Below are positions 19,823 to 30,263 of a stretch of 64,000 nucleotides of DNA, piece by piece. Under the pieces are notes generated by a model. That model was given only the letters and a program-made list of their open reading frames with translations. It was not told the origin of the DNA and did no database searches. Numbering within the stretch: the first letter of the stretch is position 1; every line of letters begins with the position of its first letter. The stretch comes from Ignavibacteriota bacterium. Its GTDB lineage: Bacteria > Bacteroidota > Ignavibacteria > UBA10030 > UBA6906. The stretch is from NCBI GenBank assembly GCA_963801355.1, contig CAWDEM010000004.1:160001-224000 (forward strand). The letters run 5' to 3'. The position numbers were made by a program, and so were the translations under genes.

Positions 19823-21981
19823 CGCGGCCGAACAATCCCATGGCACAGAACATGGTGCCGCGCCATCGGGGGGGCACACGTGCGCGCGGGCTGAAAATCT
19901 TCCTGCTGTTCTGTTTCCTGTTAATGACGGCCCGTCTGGTGCATATCCAGATTGTCCGTGCGGGGGCCTACCGTGAGCAGGCGCGAAGGCAATATGAAGC
20001 CCGTATGACTCTCCCGGCGGCACGCGGGACGATCAGCGACAGAAACGGCAAACTCCTTGTGTCGAATACGTTATACGTTTCGTATGCCGCAGATCCTTTT
20101 ATCGCGGGAAGCGACCGGGACGACATCGCCACCCGGTTTGCCCGGGTGTTCAACAAGCCCCAGCGGGAATACATGGGCGATATGCGCGACGGAACACGGC
20201 GCTTCGTCTGGCTTGAACGGGGCGTCAACCCTTCGGTTGCCTCGCGCATTTCCGGACGTGATCTCCGGGGACTTATCGTCCGCAAAGAGCCGAAGCGGTT
20301 GTATCACTACGACCGTGCCGCCGGACAGCTGATCGGAGTCACGGGCGTGGACAACGGTGGCCTGAGCGGTCTGGAGCAGCAGTTTGACAGGTGGCTCCGT
20401 GGTCATGACGGATTTGTGGTGCTTCAGCGTGATGCCCTGCGCAGGACGCGTCCTACGGTGGATTATCCCCGCACCGACCCCGTCGATGGCCAGAACCTTG
20501 TGCTCACCATTGATGCCGATATCCAGTCGGTGGTGGAAGAAGAACTCGAACGCGGCGTGAATCGGACCCAGGCAGAAGGCGGACAGGCCGTGATGGTGGA
20601 TCCCGCCACGGGCGAGATCCTGGCGATGGCGACGTATCCGTCGATGAACCCGAACAAGACTTCGGACCTCGACCTGGCTGCGATGCGCAACCGGGTCATT
20701 ACCGATGTGTATGAACCCGGTTCTATTTTCAAACTTGTGACGATTTCCTCCGTCGTGGAACATGGTCTTGCCCGCCTGGACGAAAAGTTCAACGCCGAAA
20801 ACGGAACGTATCATGCACCGACCGGCAATGGCCGGACACGGGAAATCACCGACACGCATCCTCAAGCGACGCTGACATTTCAGGAGGCCGTCGAGCAGTC
20901 GAGCAATATCGTGATGGCCAAAGTGGCTCTCCGTATTGGTGCGGAACGACTGTTCCGCATGGCTCGCGCGTACGGCTTCGGTGCGCCGACAGGCATCGAG
21001 CTCCCCGCGGAGGCAGCCGGCGGTCTGAAGAAACCCAAGGACTGGTCGGGAACAACACTGCAATCGATGGCGTACGGGTATGAAGTGAGTGCGACGGCGC
21101 TTCAGATTGTCATGGGATATGCCGCGGTGGCAAACAAGGGCGTTCTCATGAAGCCCTTTGTCGTCCGTCAGGTGACAAACGGACAGGGTGAAGTGATTAT
21201 GGATGCAGAACCCCAGCGGGTCCGTCCCGTCATCTCGCCGCAAAGCGCCGCAACTCTGACGAAGCTCTTTGAAGGAGCGGTGGAACGCGGGACGGGCACA
21301 CCGGCCAAACTGCCGGGGCTGCGCATCGCCGGCAAAACCGGTACCTCACGGTTGACCGTTGAAGGCCGCTACGCACCGGGGAACTATTCAGCCTCCTTTG
21401 TGGGATACTTTCCCGCAGAGGAACCGAAGATCGTTTGTCTGGTGGTGCTCGACCGGCCGCGTACGGGAAGCTATTACGGCGGACAGGCCAGCGCTCCGAT
21501 TTTCAAAGCCATTGTGGAAAAGATTCGGACGATGGCTGGCCGGCTCCGCACGGTGTCGCCCTCGACGGTCATTGCCTCCGGTGATGTGCACAGGGTGCCG
21601 AATGTGATGAACCTCCGGGCCGATGTCGCATCAACCCTTCTCGAAGGGGAGGAGTTCGTACCGGAAGTGTCCGGGGCGGGAACAATGATTGTCGCGCAGT
21701 CACCTGCGCCGGGAATTCTGGTTCCTGTAAAGAGCACAGTGAAGCTCAGCACCAACGCGCTCTCCCGGACGGTTCCTGCAGGCTTCACGCTCGTTCCGGA
21801 GGTGCGCGGACTCCCGCTCCGCCGTGCCATCAACCAGCTGGCAACCCACCAGCTGGAATTCGCCATTGTCGGATCGGGAAACGTGCGTGCACAAGCGCCT
21901 CCGCCCGGAGAACAGGTGCGGCAGGGTACACAGGTAACATTGCGGTGTGAACCCCGGCCGGCAACGGCCGGCAATTCGTAG
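19819..21981 (+). CDS. ftsI: Class B penicillin-binding protein FtsI with two C-terminal PASTA domains
   Basis: RGTISDRNG, EPGSIFK (SxxK), SSN, KTGT; PASTA-like VPNVMNL...QSPAPG and VPEVRGL...QAPPPG. Confidence 0.94.
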   Translation: MTRPNNPMAQNMVPRHRGGTRARGLKIFLLFCFLLMTARLVHIQIVRAGAYREQARRQYEARMTLPAARGTISDRNGKLLVSNTLYVSYAADPFIAGSDRDDIATRFARVFNKPQREYMGDMRDGTRRFVWLERGVNPSVASRISGRDLRGLIVRKEPKRLYHYDRAAGQLIGVTGVDNGGLSGLEQQFDRWLRGHDGFVVLQRDALRRTRPTVDYPRTDPVDGQNLVLTIDADIQSVVEEELERGVNRTQAEGGQAVMVDPATGEILAMATYPSMNPNKTSDLDLAAMRNRVITDVYEPGSIFKLVTISSVVEHGLARLDEKFNAENGTYHAPTGNGRTREITDTHPQATLTFQEAVEQSSNIVMAKVALRIGAERLFRMARAYGFGAPTGIELPAEAAGGLKKPKDWSGTTLQSMAYGYEVSATALQIVMGYAAVANKGVLMKPFVVRQVTNGQGEVIMDAEPQRVRPVISPQSAATLTKLFEGAVERGTGTPAKLPGLRIAGKTGTSRLTVEGRYAPGNYSASFVGYFPAEEPKIVCLVVLDRPRTGSYYGGQASAPIFKAIVEKIRTMAGRLRTVSPSTVIASGDVHRVPNVMNLRADVASTLLEGEEFVPEVSGAGTMIVAQSPAPGILVPVKSTVKLSTNALSRTVPAGFTLVPEVRGLPLRRAINQLATHQLEFAIVGSGNVRAQAPPPGEQVRQGTQVTLRCEPRPATAGNS

Positions 21982-21988
21982 GTAGACC

Positions 21989-23497
21989 GTGCTCCTCGGC
22001 CGATTGCTGGACGGCGTCGCTGTCAGCAAACTCTTCATGTTGCAATACGGCGCTCTGGCGCAGGTGCAGGACGTCGAAGTGCGCGCGGTGCAGTACGACT
22101 CACGGAGAGTCGATCACGGCGATCTGTTTGTCGCCATCCCCGGGACCTCGGTGAACGGCCAGCGTTTTGTCGATGACGCGATCGGCCGCGGTGCGGTGGC
22201 CGTGGTGCTCGAGGATGATATGGCGGTGCCGGACGCGTTGTTTCTGCACACGCGCGTGGTGAAGATTGTCGTTCCCAGCGCACGCAGAGCGCTCGCAGAT
22301 CTGGCCGCGAACGCATACGGCCATCCGTCTCACCGCCTGCGTCTCGTCGGTGTCACGGGGACCAACGGAAAGACAACGACAACCCACCTGATCAAGGCGG
22401 CACTGGAAGCCAACGGCGAACGGGTCGGTCTGATTGGCACGATTCACTATGATCTGGGAGATGCGCTGGTGCAGGCGACACACACGACACCCGAGTCGCT
22501 CGAACTGAACGCAATGCTCCAGACCATGATCGAACATGGTTGCACGGCGGCGGTCATGGAAGTCTCATCGCATGCACTGGCACAACACCGCGTCCACGGA
22601 GTCCGCTTCGCGGCCGGTGTCTTCACGAATCTCACACAGGATCATCTGGATTATCACGGGACCATGGACGAGTATTGCGCGGCAAAAAGGCAACTCTTCA
22701 GCGGTCTTCCGGCTGATGCCGTCGCGGTGATCAATGCCGATGATCCGCGTGGTGATGAAATGGCGAAGGGAATCCGGGCGCAGGTCGTCCGCTACAGCAT
22801 GAAATCGCACGCCGACATCAGCGCCGGGGACGTATCCATGAGTGTCCGGGGGATGGAGTTTACCGTGTCGATGCCCGGCGGATCAACCTCTGTGCGGACC
22901 GCATTGATCGGCGGATTCAATGTCGCGAACATCCTCGCTGCGATGGGAGCAGCGACGGCGGTGGGTGTGCCGCCGGACATCGCCGCCCAAGGCGTCAGCT
23001 CGGTAAAAGCCGTGCGCGGGCGTTTCGAACAGATGGTTTCACCCGCCGGCTGGACCGCGATCATTGATTACGCCCATACTCCGGATGCACTTGAGAATAC
23101 CCTGCGGGCGATACGGCAGTTGAGCGGTGCGGACAATCACGGGCGCATTATCACGGTGTTCGGATGCGGCGGAGACCGCGATCGCGGCAAACGGCCCCGG
23201 ATGGGACGCATCGCCTCCACGATGAGCGATGTCACCATTGTGACATCGGACAATCCGCGGACCGAAGATCCGCTGGCGATCATCCGGGAAATCTGCGAGG
23301 GCCTGGTCAGCGGTGCGACTGTGCATACCAACGCCGACCGCCGGGCGGCCATTGCCCAGGCACTGACCATGGCGGGTCCCGGCGATGTGGTGCTCATTGC
23401 CGGCAAGGGACACGAAACCTACCAGGTGATCGGCACCACCAGAACGCACCTGGACGACCGGGAAGAAGTGGACGCATTCATGCGCGCGCACCGATGA
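21989..23497 (+). CDS. murE: UDP-MurNAc-tripeptide synthetase MurE (meso-DAP type)
   Basis: GVTGTNGKTTT, MEVSSH, FTNLTQDHLDYH, DYAHTPD, DNPR, AGKGHE. Confidence 0.98.
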   Translation: MLLGRLLDGVAVSKLFMLQYGALAQVQDVEVRAVQYDSRRVDHGDLFVAIPGTSVNGQRFVDDAIGRGAVAVVLEDDMAVPDALFLHTRVVKIVVPSARRALADLAANAYGHPSHRLRLVGVTGTNGKTTTTHLIKAALEANGERVGLIGTIHYDLGDALVQATHTTPESLELNAMLQTMIEHGCTAAVMEVSSHALAQHRVHGVRFAAGVFTNLTQDHLDYHGTMDEYCAAKRQLFSGLPADAVAVINADDPRGDEMAKGIRAQVVRYSMKSHADISAGDVSMSVRGMEFTVSMPGGSTSVRTALIGGFNVANILAAMGAATAVGVPPDIAAQGVSSVKAVRGRFEQMVSPAGWTAIIDYAHTPDALENTLRAIRQLSGADNHGRIITVFGCGGDRDRGKRPRMGRIASTMSDVTIVTSDNPRTEDPLAIIREICEGLVSGATVHTNADRRAAIAQALTMAGPGDVVLIAGKGHETYQVIGTTRTHLDDREEVDAFMRAHR

Positions 23498-24900
23498 AAT
23501 TGACGCTCGCCGATCTGCGCAGGATTCCCCATCGGGCGCTCACCGTTCCACCGGGCGCTGCACGATGGACCGCAGCGGGAATCTCCACGGACACACGGAC
23601 GGTCACGCCGGGCATGGTGTATGTCGCGCTGCGCGGAGAGCACTTTGACGGGCATCAGTTTCTCGGGGATGCCGTTGCGCATGGTGCGTCGGCGCTGGTC
23701 GTGCACGCGGACGGTGCAGCTGGAGCGCCCGCGGACATTCCGGTGCTTGTCGTCGAGGATACCACAGCCGCCCTCGCCGCCCTGGCGCAGCAACACCGGG
23801 AGCGTTTCGACATCCCGGTGATTGCCATCGGCGGAAGCAACGGCAAGACCACGACGAAGGAGATGATCGCGGGCATTCTCGCGACACGCTTCAACGTGCT
23901 GGCCACCCGGGGAAATCTGAATAATCAGATCGGGGTCCCGCAGACGCTGTTCGGACTCGATCGCACACATGAGGTCGCGGTGGTGGAAGTGGGAACGAAC
24001 CATCCGGGTGAACTTGCGGTGCTGTGCCGCATGGTGCGGCCGACACACGTGCTCCTGACAAACATCGGTCATGAGCATCTGGAGTTCTTCGGTTCACTGG
24101 AAGGCGTGCTGGAAGAGGAGTCCATGCTGTGGCGTTGGGCGGAGCCCAAGAGCCGGGTGATAGCATTTATCAATACTGACGATCCCCTGTTGCGCAAGGC
24201 CGCACATGGTCTCAAGCGAACGATCACGTACGGGTTCGGAAGGCGGAAGGTCCGTGTGCGTGGCTCTGCTCTCCGGATCGGGGACCGGGGATGCCCCGCG
24301 TTCCGGTTCCGTGGAGGACGGATGCGCGCACGCGCGGAGATCGCTCTCAACGTTCCGGGCATACATAACGCCCATAATGCACTCGCGGCCGCCGCCGTCG
24401 GCGTCGCCTTGCATGTGCCGCCGGCGGACATCGTCGGCGCACTGCAGAATTTCCGCGCACCGGGCAAGCGGATGGAAGTGATACAGATCGGTGATGTGAC
24501 GGTAGTGAACGATGCGTACAACGCGAACGGTGATTCAACCATTGCCGCGCTGCACACGCTTGCCGGGATGCCCTCACGCGGGCACCGCATTGCCGTTCTT
24601 GCCGACATGCTGGAACTCGGAGCGCACAGCAGGGAGGAACATGCGCGCGTTGGTGCAGCGGCGGCAGCACTGCATATTGACTATGTGCTCACCTGCGGAG
24701 CATTGGCCGTGGAAATCTCGCGCGCGGCCGCCGGATGCGTGACGATGCACTACGACCAGAAAAACATGCTTGCGGAATACCTGACCGAACTCGTGGCTCC
24801 GGGCGATGTGGTCCTGGTCAAAGGTTCGCGGGGGATGGCCATGGAGGATATTGTGGTGTTTCTGCAGCAGCGGCTGGAGGCGACATCACCGGCGGCATAA
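23494..24900 (+). CDS. murF: UDP-MurNAc-tripeptide:D-Ala-D-Ala ligase MurF
   Basis: GSNGKTTTKE, GNLNNQIG, NDAYNAN, DMLELG, VKGSRG; ATGA overlap with murE fixes the start at 23494. Confidence 0.96.
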   Translation: MKLTLADLRRIPHRALTVPPGAARWTAAGISTDTRTVTPGMVYVALRGEHFDGHQFLGDAVAHGASALVVHADGAAGAPADIPVLVVEDTTAALAALAQQHRERFDIPVIAIGGSNGKTTTKEMIAGILATRFNVLATRGNLNNQIGVPQTLFGLDRTHEVAVVEVGTNHPGELAVLCRMVRPTHVLLTNIGHEHLEFFGSLEGVLEEESMLWRWAEPKSRVIAFINTDDPLLRKAAHGLKRTITYGFGRRKVRVRGSALRIGDRGCPAFRFRGGRMRARAEIALNVPGIHNAHNALAAAAVGVALHVPPADIVGALQNFRAPGKRMEVIQIGDVTVVNDAYNANGDSTIAALHTLAGMPSRGHRIAVLADMLELGAHSREEHARVGAAAAALHIDYVLTCGALAVEISRAAAGCVTMHYDQKNMLAEYLTELVAPGDVVLVKGSRGMAMEDIVVFLQQRLEATSPAA

Positions 24901-24929
24901 CACGGCACAGCGACCAGAACGGATGACGC

Positions 24930-26054
24930 ATGCTGTATATACTCCTTGAATGGATCGAACGCGTTGCCCACCCGCCCGGATTCGGGATGGTGCGCTATAT
25001 CACGTTCCGCGCCGCCGCCGCCGCCGTCACCGCGCTGTTGATGGCATTCTGGCTCGGACCCAAGATCATCCGCGCCCTGCGCGATCGCCAGATCGGTGAA
25101 GCGGCAAAGCTGGAGGCGCCCAAAACGCATCTGACCAAAGCCGGCACACCGACAATGGGCGGATTGATTGTGCTTGCGTCGGTCCTGGTGCCGACACTGC
25201 TCTGGGGCAATATCACGAACATGTACGTGGTGCTGATCCTCTTCGTCACGGCGGCACTCGGCGCGGTGGGGTTTCTGGACGACTATCTTAAAGTGATCAG
25301 GAAGAAACCCAAAGGACTTATCGGTCGCTACAAGATCGTGGGACAGGTGGTCGTGGGATTGGTCGTGGGATCGGTCATTTATTTTGCCCCCCAGTGGATT
25401 GATGCGGATTTGTGGAAGCTGAGCTCATCGACGACCGTACCGTTCTTCAAAAATCTGGAATTCGATTTCGGGCGGCTCTACATCCCGGTGGTGGTCTTTG
25501 TGATTGTCGCGACGTCCAACGCGGTCAACCTGACGGACGGCCTGGACGGTCTGGCGATCGGCACGGTGGCGATCGTGGTATTGACGCTGGGGATCATGAG
25601 TTACATTTCGGGCAATGCGGTGCTCAGTCAGTACCTCACGATTCCGTACCTGCGCGGGAATGGCGAGCTGACGGTGTTCTGCGCTGCTCTTGTCGGCGCT
25701 GCGCTGGGTTTTCTCTGGTTCAACGCCTACCCGGCACAGGTCTTCATGGGGGACACCGGTTCGCTGGCGCTCGGCGGAGCCGTGGGAGCGCTCTGTGTCC
25801 TGATCAAGAAAGAACTGCTGCTGCCGACACTCGGCGGCATCTTTCTGGCGGAGACGGTTTCCGTGATCATTCAGCGCCTGTATTTCAAGTACACGAGGCG
25901 CAAATACGGGGAAGGCCGCAGGGTCTTCCGGATGGCTCCCCTGCATCACCATTTCGAACTTCTGGGATGGCCGGAGCCGAAAATTGTCACACGCTTCTAT
26001 ATCGTCGCCATACTGCTGATGATCATCAGCCTGGCGACATTCAAGGTGCGGTGA
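24930..26054 (+). CDS. mraY: Phospho-MurNAc-pentapeptide transferase MraY
   Basis: GTPTMGG, GFLDDY, NAVNLTDGLDGL, FMGDTGSL, APLHHHFE. Confidence 0.98.
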   Translation: MLYILLEWIERVAHPPGFGMVRYITFRAAAAAVTALLMAFWLGPKIIRALRDRQIGEAAKLEAPKTHLTKAGTPTMGGLIVLASVLVPTLLWGNITNMYVVLILFVTAALGAVGFLDDYLKVIRKKPKGLIGRYKIVGQVVVGLVVGSVIYFAPQWIDADLWKLSSSTTVPFFKNLEFDFGRLYIPVVVFVIVATSNAVNLTDGLDGLAIGTVAIVVLTLGIMSYISGNAVLSQYLTIPYLRGNGELTVFCAALVGAALGFLWFNAYPAQVFMGDTGSLALGGAVGALCVLIKKELLLPTLGGIFLAETVSVIIQRLYFKYTRRKYGEGRRVFRMAPLHHHFELLGWPEPKIVTRFYIVAILLMIISLATFKVR

Positions 26055-26058
26055 TTGC

Positions 26059-27432
26059 GTGATCCCGTCCCACATACAGGGAAAGCGTTGTGCGGTGATC
26101 GGTGCGGCGCGCAGCGGCGTGGCGGTGGCCCGCCTGCTGCATGGTGCCGGCGTGCCGGTGTTTGTCAGCGACCACGCGCCCCGCGAGAAGAAGCCGGATG
26201 CAGCCCGCGCACTGGAACAGCTCGGGGTGCCTCATGAGTTCGGCGGTCACAGTGCCCGGCTTCTGGATGCGGACATTATCGTCATCAGCCCCGGTGTGCC
26301 GGATACGGTCCCGGTGGTGCAGCAGGCGCTTCAGCGCGGCATCACGGTGGTCAGCGAGCTTGAAGTGTCGAGCTGGTTCTGCCCCGGTCCCATTGTGGCA
26401 ATCACGGGTACCAACGGCAAGACCACAACGACGACTCTGTGCGGGCGGATATTCGAAGATGCCCGGAAGCCCGTGGTGGTGGGAGGCAACATCGATCCGG
26501 CATTCGCCGATGTGGTGGGCGGCATGACACCCGGGCACACCGCGATCCTGGAAGTAAGCAGTTTTCAATTGGATCATGTGGCCTCGTTCCGCCCGCGCGT
26601 AGCGGTCGTGCTGAATATCACGCCGGATCATATGGACCGGTACGGACATGATTTCTCGAAATACATTGCAAGCAAGTGCCGTGTATTTGCGCAGCAGTGC
26701 GCGGGAGATGCGGTGATTTATAACAATGATGATGAAGTCACGCGGCAGGCGGTGGAGGAACGTCTGCCGGCCGGCGTGCACCGTCTGCCCTTCAGCGTCC
26801 GGCACACGCTGACGGAGGGAGCCTGGCTGGCGGAAAGGACGCTTGCCACGTCCATTCACGGACTGCGCACAGACGTCATCGCAGCGGACGAGATCAGCAT
26901 CCCCGGAACACACAACCTGTACAACGCCATGGCCGCTACGCTGGCAGCACAGGTCATGGGGGTAAGCACGGCATCCATACGCGCAACGCTGCGCGACTTC
27001 AAAGGCGTGGAGCACCGCCTGGAAATGGTGCGGACGGTTGGCGGGGTCACGTACGTCAACGACTCCAAAGCCACCAATGTCGATTCGGTCTGGTATGCAT
27101 TGCAGAGTTACACTGCGCCGCTGGTCCTCCTGCTGGGGGGGCGCGACAAAGGGAACGACTATGCGCGGCTCCGGGAGCCCGTCCGGGACCATGTCAAGGC
27201 CATCGTCGCCATCGGTGAATCGGCCGGCAAGGTGCAGTCGGCGTTTGCCGACATTGTGGCGGTGGACATAGCAACATCAATGGAACAGGCGGTGCGTCTG
27301 GCAACCGGTCGCGCGGCACGTGGCGACATCGTGCTGCTCTCGCCGGCCTGCGCATCGTTCGACTGGTTTGACAATTACGAACACCGCGGCAGGGTGTTCA
27401 AAGAAATTGTGTGCGCGCTTCCGGGTGCATGA
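26059..27432 (+). CDS. murD: UDP-MurNAc-L-Ala:D-Glu ligase MurD
   Basis: ITGTNGKTTTT, EVSSFQL, NDSKATN, LLSPACASFD. Confidence 0.98.
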   Translation: MIPSHIQGKRCAVIGAARSGVAVARLLHGAGVPVFVSDHAPREKKPDAARALEQLGVPHEFGGHSARLLDADIIVISPGVPDTVPVVQQALQRGITVVSELEVSSWFCPGPIVAITGTNGKTTTTTLCGRIFEDARKPVVVGGNIDPAFADVVGGMTPGHTAILEVSSFQLDHVASFRPRVAVVLNITPDHMDRYGHDFSKYIASKCRVFAQQCAGDAVIYNNDDEVTRQAVEERLPAGVHRLPFSVRHTLTEGAWLAERTLATSIHGLRTDVIAADEISIPGTHNLYNAMAATLAAQVMGVSTASIRATLRDFKGVEHRLEMVRTVGGVTYVNDSKATNVDSVWYALQSYTAPLVLLLGGRDKGNDYARLREPVRDHVKAIVAIGESAGKVQSAFADIVAVDIATSMEQAVRLATGRAARGDIVLLSPACASFDWFDNYEHRGRVFKEIVCALPGA

Positions 27433-28625
27433 GTATGTGGACCTCGAAAGTACAGAAGAACCATATCGACCTGATCACGCTGATTGCGGCGCTCTTTCTT
27501 ATGGTCATGAGCGTAGGCATCGTGTACAGCGCAAGCTCCAGCTACGCACTGCAGCGGTGGGGCGAGAGCGGAAGGCTGCTGGGGAGTCATGCCGCAAAGG
27601 TGATCGCCGGATTCCTGGTCATGTTTGTTGCGATGCAGGTGGACTATCACCTGCTGAAAAAGATTTCCAAACCACTCCTGATCACGATTGTGCTGCTGCT
27701 TGTCGTCACCCGGCTCACCGGAGGCGAGGTGCACGGTGCGGCGCGATGGCTCCGCATCGGCGGCTTCGGCCTGCAACCTTCGGAGTTTGCCCGCTTTGCC
27801 CTTATTGTCCACCTCGCGCTGCTGATGTCGCTGCGCGGGGAACGGGTGCGGGATTTCAAGACGGGATATCTCCCGCTGATGATCTGGGTCGGCCTGGTGA
27901 CCGCCCTGGTGCTGGTCCAGCCCGGGTTCAGCACAGGATCGATGATCTTTGCCGTGAGCATGATCATGCTGTTTCTCGGCGGCGTGAAGCTGAGCCATCT
28001 GGGTCTGACATTAAGCGCGTTGATACCCGCGTTGCTGGTGTATATGGTCAGCGCGGAATACCGAATGACCCGGGTGGTGGATTTCGTCCGGGGAGTGTTC
28101 ACTGAATCCGGCGTGACCAGAATCAACCACCAGGTCTTTCAGGGATTGATCGGATTTGCGAACGGCGGTTTGCTCGGCCTCGGTCCGGGAAACAGCAGGC
28201 AACGCGACCTGTTTCTCCCGGAGCCGTACGGGGATTTCGTCTATCCCATTATCGGTGAGGAATACGGTTTGCTGGGCGCCGTCGCCGTGCTCGCAATCTT
28301 TGTGGTACTCCTGGTGCGCGGCATGAAGATCGCGAATCATGCACGGGATGAGTTCGGGCGGTACCTGGCCCTCGGCATCACCTGCAGTATCACGCTGTAC
28401 GCCCTGGTGAATGCCGGTGTCACGCTCGGCGTTCTCCCGACAACAGGTCTGCCGATGCCGTTCATCAGCTACGGCGGATCATCCATGCTCGTGAGTTCCA
28501 TGATGATCGGCGTGCTGTTGAACATCTCCGCACAGACCGACCTCTACCCCCGGCAGACGGCGGGTGCGGATGGAACCGTGCCGCTGCGGACCGACCGTGC
28601 ACCGGCAGTGGGAAAGGTCTACTGA
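27429..28625 (+). CDS. ftsW: Peptidoglycan glycosyltransferase FtsW (SEDS family)
   Basis: GAARW, QPSEF, LPEPYGDF, IGEEYG, PTTGLPMPFISYGGSS; ATGA overlap with murD. Confidence 0.95.
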   Translation: MSMWTSKVQKNHIDLITLIAALFLMVMSVGIVYSASSSYALQRWGESGRLLGSHAAKVIAGFLVMFVAMQVDYHLLKKISKPLLITIVLLLVVTRLTGGEVHGAARWLRIGGFGLQPSEFARFALIVHLALLMSLRGERVRDFKTGYLPLMIWVGLVTALVLVQPGFSTGSMIFAVSMIMLFLGGVKLSHLGLTLSALIPALLVYMVSAEYRMTRVVDFVRGVFTESGVTRINHQVFQGLIGFANGGLLGLGPGNSRQRDLFLPEPYGDFVYPIIGEEYGLLGAVAVLAIFVVLLVRGMKIANHARDEFGRYLALGITCSITLYALVNAGVTLGVLPTTGLPMPFISYGGSSMLVSSMMIGVLLNISAQTDLYPRQTAGADGTVPLRTDRAPAVGKVY

Positions 28626-28627
28626 GC

Positions 28628-29722
28628 ATGTCGCGGCGGGTACTGTTTGCATGCGGAGGAACCGGCGGGCACGTGTTTCCCGCTCTGGCCATTGCGGAGG
28701 CCTTGCAGCGGACAGCGCTGGATGTGGAGATACTGTTTGTGGGTACGCGCGGACGGATTGAAGCGCGGGTCGTGCCGGCGCATGGTTTTCCGTTCATGAG
28801 CATATGGATTGCCGGATTCAGCCGTCGCCTGTCGGCCGGGACGCTGTTGTTCCCATTGAAGCTGATGGTCTCGCTGGTGCAGTCCCTGGTGTTGCTGCTC
28901 CGTTTCCGGCCGTCGGTTGTTGTCGGCACAGGAGGGTATGTGAGCGGGCCGCCGGTGTTCGTGGCGACGCTCCTGGGGATTCCGACGGTGGTGCAGGAAC
29001 AAAACAGCTATCCGGGAATAACAACCCGTTTGCTGGCGGGTCGCGTTCGCGAAGTACACATAGCGTTTGAAGCGACCAGGAAGTTTCTCCGGCGGAGCCG
29101 TGGAGTATTTCTTTCCGGAACTCCGATCAGGGCGGCCGTAGGAACGCTGGCGCGGCCGGAGAGCCTGCAGCGGCTCGGACTTCTTCCGGGGCGGCACACC
29201 GTGCTTGTCGTGGGCGGGAGCCAGGGCGCGGCATCCATCAACGATGCCCTGCTTGCCGCGCCGGATCTGTTGAGCCGGACGGATGTGCAGATACTCTGGT
29301 TGACCGGCGCATCGGAGCTTGCACGGGTACAACAACGTGTCGCGGCATTGCCCGGGAGCGCGGGTATCCACCTCCGCGGATTTCTGGAACAGATGCCCCT
29401 GGCCTATGCAGCGGCGGATCTGGTTGTGTGCCGTGCGGGGGCGTCAACACTGGCAGAAGTACTCTGTGCGGGATTGCCGGCGGTGCTTGTACCGTATCCC
29501 TATGCGGCGGCAGACCATCAGACGCTGAATGCCCGGACGCTTGCCGCGGCCGGTGCAGCGGTACTCGTTCCTGACGCGGATGTACAAGAGCGGCTCGGGA
29601 AGGAAATCCGGGAGATACTCGCCCATCCCGAGCGCCGGGAGGCGATGGGTACGGCCGCCCGGGCGCTGGCGCTGCCTGACGCAGCGCGGACTATCGCGAA
29701 TGCAGTGCTGAAACTCATGTGA
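28628..29722 (+). CDS. murG: Undecaprenyl-PP-MurNAc-pentapeptide GlcNAc transferase MurG
   Basis: GGTGGHVFP, GTGGYVS, EQNSYPG, GGSQGA, RAGAST, HQTLNA. Confidence 0.97.
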   Translation: MSRRVLFACGGTGGHVFPALAIAEALQRTALDVEILFVGTRGRIEARVVPAHGFPFMSIWIAGFSRRLSAGTLLFPLKLMVSLVQSLVLLLRFRPSVVVGTGGYVSGPPVFVATLLGIPTVVQEQNSYPGITTRLLAGRVREVHIAFEATRKFLRRSRGVFLSGTPIRAAVGTLARPESLQRLGLLPGRHTVLVVGGSQGAASINDALLAAPDLLSRTDVQILWLTGASELARVQQRVAALPGSAGIHLRGFLEQMPLAYAAADLVVCRAGASTLAEVLCAGLPAVLVPYPYAAADHQTLNARTLAAAGAAVLVPDADVQERLGKEIREILAHPERREAMGTAARALALPDAARTIANAVLKLM

Positions 29723-29729
29723 CAAGACT

Positions 29730-30236
29730 ATGGCGGATGAGGGAAAAATATTCAAGTACAAACTCGACTTCTACTACCAGTCAGCGCTCATCTATCTTCT
29801 CACGTTGATTGTGTATGGTGGCATCCGCGGCAATTTCGTCGAGGCCGAGTTCAAGTACGTGTTGCATGATCCCTTGATGTATGTCATTGTCTTCTTCGTG
29901 GTGATGTCATTTGTGACGTTGCTGCTCAATATGGCGCGCAACCGGCGCCTGATCATCACCCAGGATGCGGTCATCTTCAAACACCGGTGGGACGAACGCC
30001 GCATCGCCATCGGGGAGATCGAATGGATGCACATCGGCCGGGAAGCCGGCGTGCAAACCAGCGGCCGTTTCCAGGTCATCCTGATCAAACTGAACGACAA
30101 ACGGCGCGCCTACCGTATCCGCGTCGGACGCTATGAGCGGGAAAAAGAACTTGTGCAGGAAATGCAGGCCATTGCTGCGCGTGTGCCGGGGCGCAAGCGG
30201 CGTGTGTGGCGACGGCCCCGGATCACAGACCGGTAA
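29730..30236 (+). CDS. Hypothetical membrane protein (2 TM plus PH-like C-terminal domain) inside the dcw cluster
   Basis: 168-aa ORF filling the murG-murC gap on the same strand; two hydrophobic helices, then a beta-rich basic domain. Confidence 0.8.
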   Translation: MADEGKIFKYKLDFYYQSALIYLLTLIVYGGIRGNFVEAEFKYVLHDPLMYVIVFFVVMSFVTLLLNMARNRRLIITQDAVIFKHRWDERRIAIGEIEWMHIGREAGVQTSGRFQVILIKLNDKRRAYRIRVGRYEREKELVQEMQAIAARVPGRKRRVWRRPRITDR

Positions 30237-30263
30237 TGATACAGCGACAGAGAGAGTACACGC

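Noticed and set aside
23164-23493. 110-aa N-terminal extension of MurF in the ORF track
   Set aside because: It overlaps murE; the ATGA overlap at 23494-23497 gives a normal start. The same reasoning applies to the extended starts of yidD, mnmE, lon, the ECF sigma and larE.
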